Assembly: GCA_951406725.2 (NCBI GenBank)
Contig: OX597815.1
Location: 103,044,001-103,108,000, forward strand
Direction: 5' to 3'
DNA: 64,000 nucleotides
From: Octopus vulgaris
Lineage: Eukaryota
The position numbers were made by a program, and so were the translations under genes. Under the pieces are notes generated by a model. That model ran no database searches. It had not been told where the DNA came from and saw nothing but the letters and a program-made list of their open reading frames with translations. Below are positions 11,960 through 25,477 of this stretch, in pieces. Within the stretch, counting starts at the first letter, position 1; each line of letters begins with the position of its first letter.

Positions 11960-12250
11960 ATTTCCCGCTCCTACCGCCTGCGGAAGAATGCGCGCCACAT
12001 GAAAAAGTTGCCTCCATAGTATTTGCTCTTCTGCAAGAACATTCAGAAAATTTGATCGAGATCTGTGCATGCTGTTATGTCTCTCCATCTCTTACATTGC
12101 CGAGTTCTGTTTCTCTTTCCATTAACCATGCTTTCCAACCAAATCTTTCTGACGCCACAATCAATTCGCTTAGAGCGGCCAAGCATTTTGAGCACTTTAA
12201 TATTGATGACTAATCATAATTTCGTTATTTGTTTGGATATGACATCAAAG
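11960..12250 (-). mobile_element. RTE-type LINE 3' fragment
   Basis: Minus strand reads LKMLGRSKRIDCGVRKIWLESMVNGKRNRTRQCKRWRDI, resembling the RTE C-terminal FGHxxR...ILEGxVxGKRxRGRxRxRW motif. Confidence 0.55.
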
Positions 12251-12693
12251 ATGCATCCAGTGGTGAGGCTCCTGTTCGTAAGTCTTGGGTTTGTTGGGAG
12301 CGTGGAGATACACCTCAATTTCTATTACTCCCAGGTCCGTACTGACGCGGTTCATTACTACTAGTCAGGGTCCCACTATGGGTTAACTAGACTTTTGTAA
12401 GCTTAGATCGATCTCCTTAGCTGCACAGACAGGTATCAATCTAGAAGGAAAATTCTAAAATTAATATGCTCTTACAACATGCCCTAACCATGATGGAAAA
12501 GTATGACGGATGAAACTAACATGAGGTATGTCTAATAAAATGCTACTTTAGCAACTCGAAAATCCCAACTATTATGAAACAAACATGCATAGTAAGGCAG
12601 ATCTCGTATATGAGAGAAAAATGCAGATTTTCAATTGAAATCATATATTTTACCGAATATAGAGTTTCTGAAATATATTTTCTTTGCATTGTT

Positions 12694-13083
12694 TTACAGC
12701 CCAGATTTAATTTCAGAACATGAAACTGTTGAGGGACCATAAACATGCACTGTTATAAATCTTAGCCAGCAGCATTGAAGATAGAGTTGATACAGCCGGA
12801 CGTTCAATGGTACTTGAAATTCTGAACAGTTTCTGACATCACTTTCAGCACCATTCCAAATGTTCAACTTCACAGGGTCCGCTCCCTTGATTCTACGAGG
12901 AAAGCTTCTAGACCTAAGCACGAAGTGTTTCGAATTTACAGGTGAATGCTTATGAAATGTCTCGCATTTCATACGCCTATTCACAGCAATCATCTCCTGC
13001 AGCAGCACTCTCGGGGACATCTCTGAAGACACAGATGGGATGCTCATTGTCGAAGATCGATGGTTGGCTGTTTTAATAAACTG
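12694..13083 (-). CDS. Candidate host exon, product unknown
   Basis: Non-repetitive, GC-richer open frame of over 117 codons preceded by acceptor-like tttgttccacag / atttcattccag. No recognised domain or TE motif. Confidence 0.3.
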   Translation of the reverse strand, partial: QFIKTANHRSSTMSIPSVSSEMSPRVLLQEMIAVNRRMKCETFHKHSPVNSKHFVLRSRSFPRRIKGADPVKLNIWNGAESDVRNCSEFQVPLNVRLYQLYLQCCWLRFITVHVYGPSTVSCSEIKSGL

Positions 13084-13215
13084 GAATGAAATCTGTGGAA
13101 CAAATGCATCTAGGTGGACTCAAACTAATGATGTTTAGTTCATGTGAGTCATTACACTTTGAGAGGTAATATATTTTAATTATGATAAAGGGTAAAAGTC
13201 ATTAATGATTTTATC

Positions 13216-13712
13216 AGGGATTCAGCGCGGAGATAAACACCTTATATGTAAATTTTAGAAATATTTTAATAATTATATGCAGAATTTTAACAAGGGTTTG
13301 GCTATATGCCTCTCCGTGCGCTGAAAACATAGACGCCTAAAGACGCTGTTACTACCTTAAAAACTCTGAGAATAAAACACTGGGCTGTAGTCGGGCAAAA
13401 GAACGAGAAAGAATTAAACCGTGTACAAGATCCTGTTTCAAACTGAAAGAAAAAATATTACTGCTCTCATCAGCTTGAAAGAGGATCTTGTACACGGTTA
13501 ATCAAAAGTTTAATGCATTATCTTTCTTTTGCCAGACTACAGCCCTGTGTTTCATTCTCGGTGTTCTTAAGGTGGTAACAGCGTCTTTTGGCGTCTATTT
13601 TTCCAGCGCATGGAGAGCCTTTTAACCAATCCCTTGTTAAAATTATGCATATAATCATTAAAATATTTGTAAAATTTACCTATAAGTTTTTTTTTATTTC
13701 CGCGTTGACCCT
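13216..13712. mobile_element. Foldback/MITE with about 220-bp imperfect inverted arms
   Basis: aggg...cagcgcggagataaa...aaccgtgtacaagatcct (13216-13435) mirrors aggatcttgtacacggtt...tttccgcgttgaccct (13482-13712). Confidence 0.85.
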
Positions 13713-14338
13713 TTATTATAATTGATATTTGAAAAATTTACTCCTTCATCAAAACTGCATTCAGTGCAATGTATGTTTTGATATACCACACGTGGTTGCA
13801 AAACAGAAATGTGAATTCTACATTACTGTATATCTCTACGAGTGTGTATATATGTTTATTGTACGATGTCGCTGCTCGTATAATAGCTTCTTTTGACGTT
13901 TAATTTTTCATCGCGTGGAGAGGCGTATAGCCAATCACTTATGATCATGTATATAATTATTAATATATATATATGTGTGTGTGTGGAGCATAATGTAGAG
14001 TGACCATACACACATATATACACACAAACGACCCCATATATATATAAATATATACATATATGTGTGTGTTTGTGTATGCGTTTGTGTCTCTATGTGTGTG
14101 TGTCTGTATTTGTGTGTAAGTGAGCGTGTATATATCATTTAGGCGGAAAACGGTTTGAACATGTATATAAATGCTCGAATGCATAAACGTAATCTACCCG
14201 AAGTCCATGGATACTAAGAATAGCACTGTAATCATCCCAGGAAACGGACTATGATCTTAAAAAGCATATGATATGTGGAAACGCGCGTAGCGATGCATGG
14301 AAATATTTATAAGTTCCATCCATGGATTATTATTGTTA

Positions 14339-14423
<85 letters not shown>

Positions 14424-15860
14424 ATCTATTATGTATGTATTGAGTTAACTTAGCTTCCATATCTGGTAGTTTGAACGAGCAACTAAACACTGTCTTATCA
14501 GTGTCTCCGTGCTGCGGATAGCAAACTTCAATATGAACGTTATCATTTATATATAGAAGATATAAAGAAGTGGTCATAAAAGCCAAAATCAATCTGTTTT
14601 TAAGTTTGAAGTAATTGTTTTTGACTGTATTATTTGTTACTTGATTTCCTTAACTGAGTAGCATAAAAGCAACATTTGTTAAGCAAGTAGGCTTCCGTTT
14701 TGCAGTTATACGTACGCACATGAGAGCACGTGCGTAACTATAACAGTGAAATACTGAAGCTAATTTATGAAATTATTTATCTCTACGAGATGTTCTTCTA
14801 CTAGAATGGATTAATTATCTACAAAAATAGAATAAATACTCAATTACTGCGCTTTGCTTCACCTTCTCACAGTCAGGGCTTTTCAGTTGATTAACATCAT
14901 TGAAATGTCTCATGAAATCTTTTACACATGAAGTCACTCGTGATGATTGATCTCACTGTTATGTGCATAAATTAAAAGAAAACGATTAGAAGCAATCTAT
15001 TTCCTATATTACGCAAGACTGAATATTTTGAATAATACTGTAATATAATATTTAGATATAGCTTTTTTGCAATATTGAGTCGTATCGCTGTAATAGTGTT
15101 TAACAGTGTACGTTTAGAGGTTATTATGACGAATCGGATTCATTCTAGATTGATGAGTCTAATACTAGGACTAACCTATTCTTAATATTATTCATTAACT
15201 AAACTTGTTAGACTATATTTTAAACGTGAAGACTACTAAAATTGAATGCTAAAACATAAATGCTCATAAAAGCTACGCAAATATAATGAATTCATGTGTA
15301 AATATTAATTAACAAAAATAAGGGTTTAAATCTAGTCGACCTCAACATATCTTTCATTCTTCTGATCTCCATCAAACAATGACTGAAGTTAGATAATATG
15401 GTCCATATAAGCAAGTATATTCCAGCATTTATACATATGTATACCCCACCCCCGCAATATATATATAAACATACATATACATGCATGTATATATGTATAT
15501 ACATAAACATATATATATAAAATATATATATACATATATGTACATACCTACATATATATGTATATATACATGCATATACAGGTGCAGACACGAAAGCATA
15601 AAAATGAAGACATAGAAAACTAGCTTTTTTCGAACAACGTAAAACAAACAAACAGGGAAACGTGACATGCAACACAAAGACAATTCTTTTCATCAGTTGT
15701 CCCTTGTTCCATCTACTCCGCGTTCGAAGGTAAGGGCAATGCGTGACTTTGTTAAAGCCCTCATTCCTGCAAATTTTGTTTAACTCCCATCCGATGTTAC
15801 ATCTTTTTTCTGACTACTTACATTGTAAAGTACAATATTGATAATAACGACAATGAAGAA

Positions 15861-17560
15861 TTGGAGCATTCAAACTTTATGTTTATTTACAGTTGGCTTA
15901 TTCATAATAATAATCCTTCACGTAATTCCATCGCATTAATTGCATATTGTTGCATATTTATATGCAGCGATTTATGCATTATTAGTACGATCTCTTCAGG
16001 GTGTATAAATATGGCATTGCTCGAACAGAAATTTTTTTTCGTTATTATTTTGAATTAGTGTTGGTAGCTGAAGTAGTAAAACATGACGTTCATCGATGAG
16101 CTGTTTTTCACAACTGGTTTTTAGGTAAAATTCAGCAGCACTACCAGCAGTGTTTGTTGCAGTTGGCAAATCATCTTGGTCCGTCGGGGAGTAAATATTT
16201 ATAGAATACTTTTCTTTTGATTGATTCTACATTCTTTATAGTCACCTGGTGTTTTGATGGATTTCAAAGTTCGTTGCATTATTTGAATTTTTGTGAAAAT
16301 TATTAATGATACGTGCAAAACGATTGCTATTGTTGGAAAACATCCATTTTTCATCACACGTAACAAAACAATGCAAAAACGGTTCGCTTTTATGTCGTGG
16401 CAGCAAAGAACAGCAACTTTCAAGACGACGTGTGATTTGATGCTCGTTCAGTTCGTGTGGTACCCACTTGCCCAGCTTCTTTACTATGACGATTTGTTTT
16501 AGATGGTCCAATATAGCTGCAATCCAAACATCAATTCTTGCTGCTAACTCATGCGTAGTTTGAAATGTATCTGTTCCACTACTGTTTCCAGTTCATAATT
16601 ATCCACCTTGACCTCAGGTCTACCACAGCGCTGATTTTCAAATGAAAAGTCACCAGATCTCAAACCATCTACGTACAGTGCGATCATTCGCAACATCATC
16701 ACCAAACAACACATTGATGTTTCGTGCTGTCTGAGCTGCATTGTTTCATAAACAGCACGAATTGTTGAACTATTCATGGGTTCACAAAAACTGATTCACA
16801 AGAGAAAACTCACAATTATATTCAGACACCATGAATTGCATTTCGAAAAGTGATGATGTAACTATTCAATGTTGGGAAACAAAAAGTGATGATGTAACTA
16901 TTCAATGTTGGGAAACAAAAAGAATTGTCAAGATAAAACATTATAGTTAGCGAGTGTCAAACTTGGTGCATAAGAAAATCGGACATTTCATACTTAATGA
17001 CATGATAGTTACGTTTAGAAAAAATTTCATTGAAATTATATGTAAATTAATACAATCTATTATTTAACATTTCTAAAAAGAAAACATTGTTTGTGTAAGT
17101 AACTAAACTTCTTTCTTGTCTAGCGTTTTTCTTCCTTTTGTAGTGTTTTTTCAAGTAGATATTTGTTATAATGTCTCCAAGCATAAATTACATCTTTCGT
17201 CCCCTACTTTATAAGGTTTCACGAAACCTTATGAAAGGTTGGCAAAATAAATATGCTAACTTCAACAAATACTACTGCTAGTGGTGCTGAATTTTACCCA
17301 AAAATGCATTCGTGAAAACAGCTCATCGATGAACATCATGGTATACTACTACAATTACAAAGTCTAATTCAAATTAATAACGGAAGAAGATGCCTTTTCG
17401 AACAGTTTCATATCTAAACAAACGGAAGAGGTAGTACTAATAATGCATAAATCGCTGCATATAAATATGGAACAATATGCAATCAATGGGATGGAAACAC
17501 GTGTCGGACAATTATTATGAAAACCAACTGTAAATAAACATAAAGTCTGAATGGTCAAAC
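15861..17560. mobile_element. Foldback element with about 310-bp diverged inverted arms (15861-16170 and 17252-17560)
   Basis: The arms share actttatgtttatttacagttgg, atatttatatgcagcgatttatgcattattagtac and gttcatcgatgagctgtttt in inverted orientation. Confidence 0.85.
16255..17008 (-). mobile_element. Decayed, internally deleted mariner transposon nested in the foldback
   Basis: SGDFSFENQRCGRP..., KLGKWVPHEL, FLHCFVTCDEKW motifs, with frameshifts; 35-bp tandem duplication near 16845-16920. Confidence 0.9.
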
Positions 17561-17749
17561 TCTTTATACTTTATTGTCAATATATATTTATATACATATA
17601 TATACTTCTAATATGAGGATACTTTTTTAAATTACCAGTCGTCAGCATATTAAAATACCTCTTAAAGTCAAATTGTTTATATATACATACATACATACAT
17701 ACACACATACATACACATACATACATACATACATACATATATACATACA

Positions 17750-17783
<34 letters not shown>

Positions 17784-17799
17784 GTTAATCCAAACAAGA

Positions 17800-17952
17800 A
17801 AGCACAAAAAACACTACAACGCGAGGACGTAGAACAAATATAGTATTATTGGGCGCTCAGGAAAGAAGGAAAGAAAGAGGGTTTAACGTTTCGAGTGGAG
17901 CTCTTCGGCGGAAAGATAGGAAAAGGAAAGATCCAGGGAAGGGAAGACAGAG

Positions 17953-17955
<3 letters not shown>
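17800..17955 (-). mobile_element. PLE pseudo-LTR relic with a hammerhead-like motif at 17881-17917
   Basis: Minus strand atctttccg-CCGAAGA-gctccactc-GAAA-cgttaaac and downstream cctgagcgcccaataatac match 1511-1590. Confidence 0.65.
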
Positions 17956-18004
<49 letters not shown>

Positions 18005-18178
18005 GTGTGTGTGTGTGTGTGTATATATATCGGAAGGTTTGGAGATGATGTACAGGTATTTTATATTAGAAGAAATAAGGTACTCAGAAAATCGGATATA
18101 TTTACAGACATTTATTTGTATATTACATTTTTATACATCATATAACTTAGATCATGTATTAGCGCTTTCTCCCATATA

Positions 18179-18231
<53 letters not shown>

Positions 18232-18232
18232 T

Positions 18233-18329
18233 ATGTCATTCAGTTTTATTTTAGGATTTCTTGCCAATAGTGTCGATTTCTATATCCAAAGTTCTTTCAT
18301 TGGAATTTCAACCATATCAACATTGTATG

Positions 18330-18360
<31 letters not shown>

Positions 18361-19640
18361 GTATGTATGTATGTATGTATGCGTGCATGTAGGTATATGT
18401 GGACATTTGTATGTTTAGTTTTATGTATATTTTCTTATGCATTTACTTGGATATTTAGACATGGAGATATATGCTTAAATGATAAACCTCGGGAAAGTTC
18501 TACGGATCTTTACAGTTCCAGTCATGGCTTGGATTTGTAGTCTTCGAATTAGCTTTCTCCTTTCTGGTTTTGAGAAATCTAATTTCTCAAGTTTGGTATT
18601 TAGGCAGTGTGTTACATATCTCAGGGCCCCAATAATTACCTGAACTTGTAATCTGGATAGAGTAACTGCAGATTTCTCATAGTTCAGCATAGGTATTTCC
18701 TTTTCACATGATCTGCAGCTTTATGTTAACAACCACTGGGCAGCTAATTTCCACAAATTTACACAGCTTTTCCTCTATCCCAAATTATTATATCAGGTCT
18801 GTTGCGCTTACATTTTATTGAGGTTTTCACTGGTACATTTCACCAGTACTCATTTGTATTGAGTGGCTATGGCTTCTGCCATACTGTGGCTTCTTTGTCC
18901 TTGGGTTTATCCTTCCTACAGGTTCCTTTATATAGCGTCCTAGCTACAATATCATGTCTCATTGATAAATAATACCGAGATGACATTTTCAGGCAACTGT
19001 TTATGACGTAGGTGTTGTCTTCGGTGTTAACTCCAAAATATCTGCATCAGTTGTCATAATTTCCTGCTTTTTCTGCATCTCTGTCTTTTGTGCAGGAGGC
19101 ATTTGGTAGATATTTCCTGTTCCTGGATTGTAAACGCACATGTTCTAAGTAAGAGGTAATAATCCGGTTGTTGATCCATGATAGACTGCTTTGATGATCA
19201 ATGGTACTATCAGCTCGGAATATTTAAGGTTATCAGACAAGGAATGCTTCTCAAGGAGCTGCCTTCCAAATCTTATGATGTTATCAGCCTCATGCATAGT
19301 CAAGGGATGCACTTCGACACTTGGCTGTTAAAAGATGTTACCCAAGGTAGTTGATACGACATTCAAAGGCAGTTTGGATCGATATTAAACCTCTGCTCCC
19401 TTGTTTTCGTTTTAGGTATTATGTATGCTTGTTAGTATCTACCGGGTTTTCACATCAATGGCTTAGATCTCATCAAGCGTCTAATGAGTCAGCCCAAATG
19501 TTTGTATAAGTACTGTCACTGCAAGAACATTGCGAGCCACCGTTTTATTGAATGCAGTGAGTTCCGAGGTCAAACTTTTCTTTCTTCGGTTGCAATATTT
19601 TTTTAATGAAACGTGTTTTGTTACAAGTGCCATTGTAAGA
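18233..19640 (-). mobile_element. 5'-truncated, decayed R4/Dong-like RLE LINE in a (TACA)n microsatellite
   Basis: Minus strand: SAHNVLAVTVL, FTIQEQEISTKCL, RHDIVARTL, KCKRNRPDIII, VIIGALRYV, RRLQIQAMTGTVKI. Confidence 0.8.
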
Positions 19641-19659
19641 TATGCGTGTATGTATATAA

Positions 19660-19690
<31 letters not shown>

Positions 19691-19726
19691 TGTATGTATG
19701 TATGTATGTGTGTGTGTATGTATGTA

Positions 19727-20116
19727 TGTCATAGTTCAGTTTTATATCAGTTTCTTGCCAATAGAGAAAGATCGCTTTCTAACTTAGATCCAATCTCCTT
19801 TATTGGAATTTCAGCATCAATAATAGGCTATTTTTGTATGTATGTATATGAACAGATTTGTATGTTTTGTTTTATATAAGTATTCTTACGCAAATAGTTG
19901 CATATCTAGATATCTAGATATGCTCATATATATTTAAATGATAAACTTCTGGAAAGTTTTACAGATTTTTACAGTTCCAGTGATGGATTGGATCTGTAGC
20001 TTTCGAATTAGCTTTCTCCTTTCTGATTTGAGAAGTCTAATTTCGCAAGAATGATATTTAGGCAGTGTGTTACATATCCCAGGGCCCCAATAAATACAAG
20101 TATTAACCTGAACTTT
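19727..20116 (-). mobile_element. Second, shorter 3' fragment of the same RLE LINE family
   Basis: 19930-20095 matches 18475-18640, and the 3' UTR matches 18233-18330; flanked by (tatg)n. Confidence 0.85.
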
Positions 20117-20134
20117 ATATATGTATGCATGTAC

Positions 20135-20165
<31 letters not shown>

Positions 20166-20225
20166 TGTATGTATGTATGTATGTATGTATGTATGTATGT
20201 ATGTATGTATGTATGTATGTATGAA

Positions 20226-20340
20226 TGTCATTGTTCAGTTTTATTTCAAGATTTCTTGCAAATAGAGAAAGAGCCAGTTTCTAACCTAAACCTAAACTTC
20301 ATTGAAATTCCAACGACAAGAACAGGATATTTTTGTATGT
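20226..20340 (-). mobile_element. Third 3' UTR copy of the same LINE family
   Basis: tgtcattgttcagttttatttcaagatttcttgc..aatagagaaag matches 19727 and 18233. Confidence 0.8.
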
Positions 20341-23300
20341 ATGTATGTATGTATGAGGCTAAGCTAAGATTATTAGGCGATAAAGATATTAAATTCATCA
20401 TTTACTTGTGGACAAGAGTAAATGTAGATCTATATAGTACTGAATATTTTCCAACGCTATTGGATAATTTACGATTCTTGGAACTTACATCTGGAGAAAC
20501 AAAACTATTTTCCCTCTCCTTCCTACTTCTATCTGAACAAAAGTGTTCAGAATTTATTGACCTCATGATCGCATGCTTGTGGGTTCAGTCCTGTTCGGCA
20601 ATTCGAGAAGCTATCTAGTATTTAGATCCGATCTGATTGATATATGAGAGATAATTTAATTGGCGTAAGCCAAGACAGCACGAGGCAAACACACACGCAA
20701 GCGTGTGCGCACAAACACACACGCAAGCACGTGCGCACAAACACACACAAACATGCACGCACTCACACACACAAACGTATGTGTGTTTAGGGTTTGATTG
20801 TGTACATGTTTATATTTGTGCGAGCTTGCGATGTATTGCGTGAGTTTTCGTGAGTGTTTGTTTATTTCTTCTCTCTCACCGCTTGATAACCAGTGTAAAT
20901 ATACCCGATAGAATAAGCTGCATCTTGATAAACTACCAAGGGAGCTTTAAACAGCTACAACCCTTCGAGTTGCTGCTCCGCCATGGCCGTAGTCTAATGC
21001 CTGAAACAAGCAGTATCAAATACAACTTAGTTGATTCACAAGAATTCAATCAATCAAATGAATTCTAAATTATTATTGGAATACCTAGAGGACATTTTGC
21101 AGTTGTTTCAAAATATTGAAACGGAACTTTTTCAGTTGCATATATAGTTTCTGGAAAGATACGATAGAACAACGGGCGTGTTGATTCATGCTATCTGCTT
21201 TCTGGCCCGTGAGTACAAATACTACAGTCAACGTTGCATTTAATCTCTACAAATTCGATAAACGAAGTGCCGAAAAATCGATTCAATATATTACACGCCT
21301 CTACCTACAACAATAACTTTCTTTGCAAATGTAATAAAATCAATATTGTTTGTTGAAGCTCCTATTTTATTACAATAGTACCGATTTAGGAAAGGGCAGA
21401 AACATCACAATCTCGTCTTTCCTTTTCTCTAAATAAATAGATGTTTTGCGCCTATTGAAAAGAAACTAATATTCTTTTATCATGTAGTAAAAGAGTAGCT
21501 GCAAAATAAACAAACTACATTTACCCCTGAACTGGAAGGATTGGACAAGATAAATAAATGACATATCAACTAGAATAAAAGGATTTCTTACTCATACAGA
21601 AGATTCTATAAATAGGGCGGAACATAATGCAGGCAGTATTTATGAAAATAATGAATATTACTCTTTCGGGTACTAAATGCGTGCCTCATCATACGAAATT
21701 TTCCGGATATTACTTTCTTCGGTTTGTTATTAAAATAAATAACACCTTACTACTGGAATATATTTGATAAAAGTCTCTATTTCGTGGAGGTTAATTGTGA
21801 ACCAAATTATAACAAGCCGTAGAGAACATCATATACTTACATAGTTGTAACCATATATAACATATGCATAGATTTTAAAATTGAGCCATTATTGGTTTGA
21901 TGGAAACACTTCCACTATATTCTCCCTTTTGTTTACCGGAATTTCCTTTCCTAAAACATTTTACTGAAGTGCTTAGCAGCCGGTCATCTGTTGGGTATTA
22001 TAACAGATGAAAGAAATGCATTATCTTAAATATGCAATCACTGTTGTTAGATTTGATGAAATGGCAAGGAGAAAATATTTCAGACAATTAAAACAGATAG
22101 CTCATGAAAATATGACAAGTTACAACAGATTTATGAAAACATATGTAACACATATGCAATACGTCGGATATTTGTCACTTGTAGGTCCAATCATGCTACC
22201 TTGTGATTTGCTTTTCATCAACTATTACTAGATGTACACTGTATGCCAGCAAAAAATTTTGTACAGCTACCCTTAACATTTTATTCGAGCCTTGTCAAGT
22301 AATAAACATTGACTGTAGTAAAAATCATTTGTCAGCTTTCCAGAAACTAGGTGTTATCAGCTGTCAGAATACCATTGCAAAATGACAAAACTTTGAAAGA
22401 AAGAACAATGTTTGCTGACAACATAATGATTATATTGATATAGTGCATCACCTATGATGAAATATATCAGCAAGATGAATAAATGATAATAGATTCTCTA
22501 TTTCATCCTGTAGTAGTTAAATGTCTGAATGGAACATTTTGAAAACATAGCTATGAGATATGAAAAGCAAACTTCAACAATTTACTTCATGTTTCTAGAT
22601 CTTATATGAGTTCTCTGGAAGCACCATTAAGTTGTTTAAGTTTTAGAACATATAAACAACTTCTCTTCACTTTTGTAGGTGATAATTCACTCAATGTATG
22701 GAAGTACCATCGATATGTTACAGTATTTCTGAACAGTATAAACTCCATATCATCATATACAATTCGATAACGGGAGGGATATTGCAATCAATCCACGTTT
22801 CAATTTTACGTTTCAATAATTTAAAGGTAATTGTCAATCATATGTTCTCAGAACTGTAAAATGCAAGACCCGCTATTTCTATTATGTCAAGAAATTTAAC
22901 ATCAAACCTTGATAACCTCAAGCTGGAACTGTCCACTTCATTAATAATGTTTATCTAAAAGACGTTTGCCACAAGAAAATGAAATTCTTAGGAAATAAAC
23001 CCTATCCCATTACCTAAAATCTATGTCCACTCACAAGGATAAGTAACTTATGCGATTCTAATATTCAGAGTAGAAGTATATATACTTTATGTTGTCAATG
23101 TAGTATGAAATCTGTTCAAAAGTAATATTACATTTCATTGCTTTCTTAACAAGAGTGAATTAAAATAGGCACTAAAGAAAATTTGAAATATGAACGGTAT
23201 GACAGAAAGGATATCACAAATCTCAATATAACCCTAAAACAGCATAGAGCAATAGCATAATATAACACAAGTATGGTTAATATATCTTTCGAACAATGTC

Positions 23301-25069
23301 TAGGAGCAACGGGCGTTTACCTGTAATTTAATGACAATAGCAACTACCAAAAATATCAAAGAAGAATATAAAACAAATGATATAATATTGTTTAATATAA
23401 CACAAGAACAGTGTTCGACGTAAACAGTTGTCTCAACAAAATTGAATCGCAGCTGATGTAGAAGAAATTTTATATCTCTGATATCGCATCTATTTGTAAT
23501 GGTACTAACAAATGAAATATACTATGACTCCAAAAGATTAGAAAAGTTCCCAGATTGAACAACAAAATTGGGAAGAGTAGAGCTATACATAGATAAAATG
23601 TAAATAGTATACTAGTATCAGTTAGCTTTCATATTATATAAAAATGCCCTTTGTGGACACTAAGGAAAGGACAAAAACTACATGCCTTGTATAGAAATCA
23701 GGCAATTATGCGTAACACCAATTAATTTAAATATTGCATAAACAAAGTAGTTACCCTACCTCTCCATAATATATTTAATACACTGACAGCTTCCACCCTG
23801 TTTGTGTGAAATTGAATCTATCACGTTTTATTGAGATGCGAAGATATATTCACAAGAGTGAGAATATACTTTCCAAGTGTTATTTTACAAAAATAAAAGT
23901 GGAATGAATAACTTAAACAGAAAATATATTTCCATCAGCATATCAACAACGGTTTATTGAAAACTACATTTATTGAAAGCTACATTGTCAATCATGGTCA
24001 TCTGCTACAGGCATTTAGTGTTTAACATTTATTACCTCGTGAATAATTAAACAAACATCAGTAATAAGCTTCTGCCCGAAATGAGCAATCTCAAACATCT
24101 TGGCACGTTTACCTTGGACAACTGAAATAAAAATTTCGATTCTCATGAATAGCAATTCTGGCATAGTAAATTGTCAGCAACATGAATTTGTGATCTCGTG
24201 TACATTCTTGATAATATGTGTGGATAATTCATGACTTATACGTCATTTCATCTTAATACTTTTAACGAAAGCGTTTCTACCGATAAATGCGATAAGTAAA
24301 GATTATGCTGTAACGTGGTGATCAATCAGTGAAAGACAGTTGTTAAGGTATGGTTACTGGTACTATTTGCTCCAAGTCAGCACCATTTGAGTAAATAAAC
24401 TTAGAGAGTGATTTGGTTGTACAATTTATATCAGGATGAGTAAATACATTTTGAGTCTCTAGACAAATCATCTACACTGCTTTGTCTAATACGAGTTTGC
24501 GTAATTTTGTGATTCTTCCTAAAATAGAAATGTACTAGATGGGTCTAATACAACCTTCAGCCAAACTGAAATTCTAAAATACGAATCTTTTTTTATAAGT
24601 AGTAAATTAAATAGTTTTGGAAAATTGCATACATCGAAAGAAACAGTGTAGTTTGTTTTCAATACAACACTAATACAGTTATATAAACACGTATATTTAA
24701 AAAATAATTTGGCTTTCAAGATAGTTCCGTATATTTGTATATTTATATGATTTCTAGTGCTATATGATTCGTATGAAGTTGTATTTATCAATATATACTG
24801 GATACACTGCTCTACATTTGCAGTATTATAAAATATATACATCCGAGATAATTCATGCTAATACGAAATCTCAAAGGAAAACCAAAAAGCTTTTAATATC
24901 TTCAATGACGAAAGATGAAAAACGTTGAAGACAAATTTGACTGCGATAAGATTTAATATAATAAATAAATAAATACATTTTAGTAGAGTAATAATGATAA
25001 ATAAATGAAAATTAAATTTCTTAAGTTCGTAGTAAAATATACATACATGCATACATACACACATACACA

Positions 25070-25162
<93 letters not shown>

Positions 25163-25477
25163 AATAATATTAGGGAGTATGGCTCCAAACTTACAGGGAA
25201 AAATTAGATTTAGTATTGAATCAAATTTCACAGTATAAATATAAAAAATATGAATTAGAGGTAAAACCACTATTAGGCAACTCAAACAGTGATAGACATA
25301 AAACAATACATAAATCTTTCCTAGAGGGTATTGGAATATCCTTCAAAGATGAATTCCAAAATAGTGGTTCCATCATACCTCTAAGTTCCATAACATACGA
25401 AATTGAGATTAAATACACTCAATAAAACGTAAGCTATCAATATAATAATTATAATAATAATATTAGGGAGTATGGCT

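Noticed and set aside
14262-14300. gaaacgcgcgta palindrome resembling hammerhead stem III
   Set aside because: No intact CUGANGA core upstream.
15685-15735. Possible permuted hammerhead on the minus strand (cttcgaacgcgg...ctgatgaa)
   Set aside because: GAAA is incomplete and the stems cannot be paired convincingly; at most a decayed relic.
16242-16777. SETMAR-like host gene
   Set aside because: Only a frameshifted mariner transposase is present, with no SET domain.
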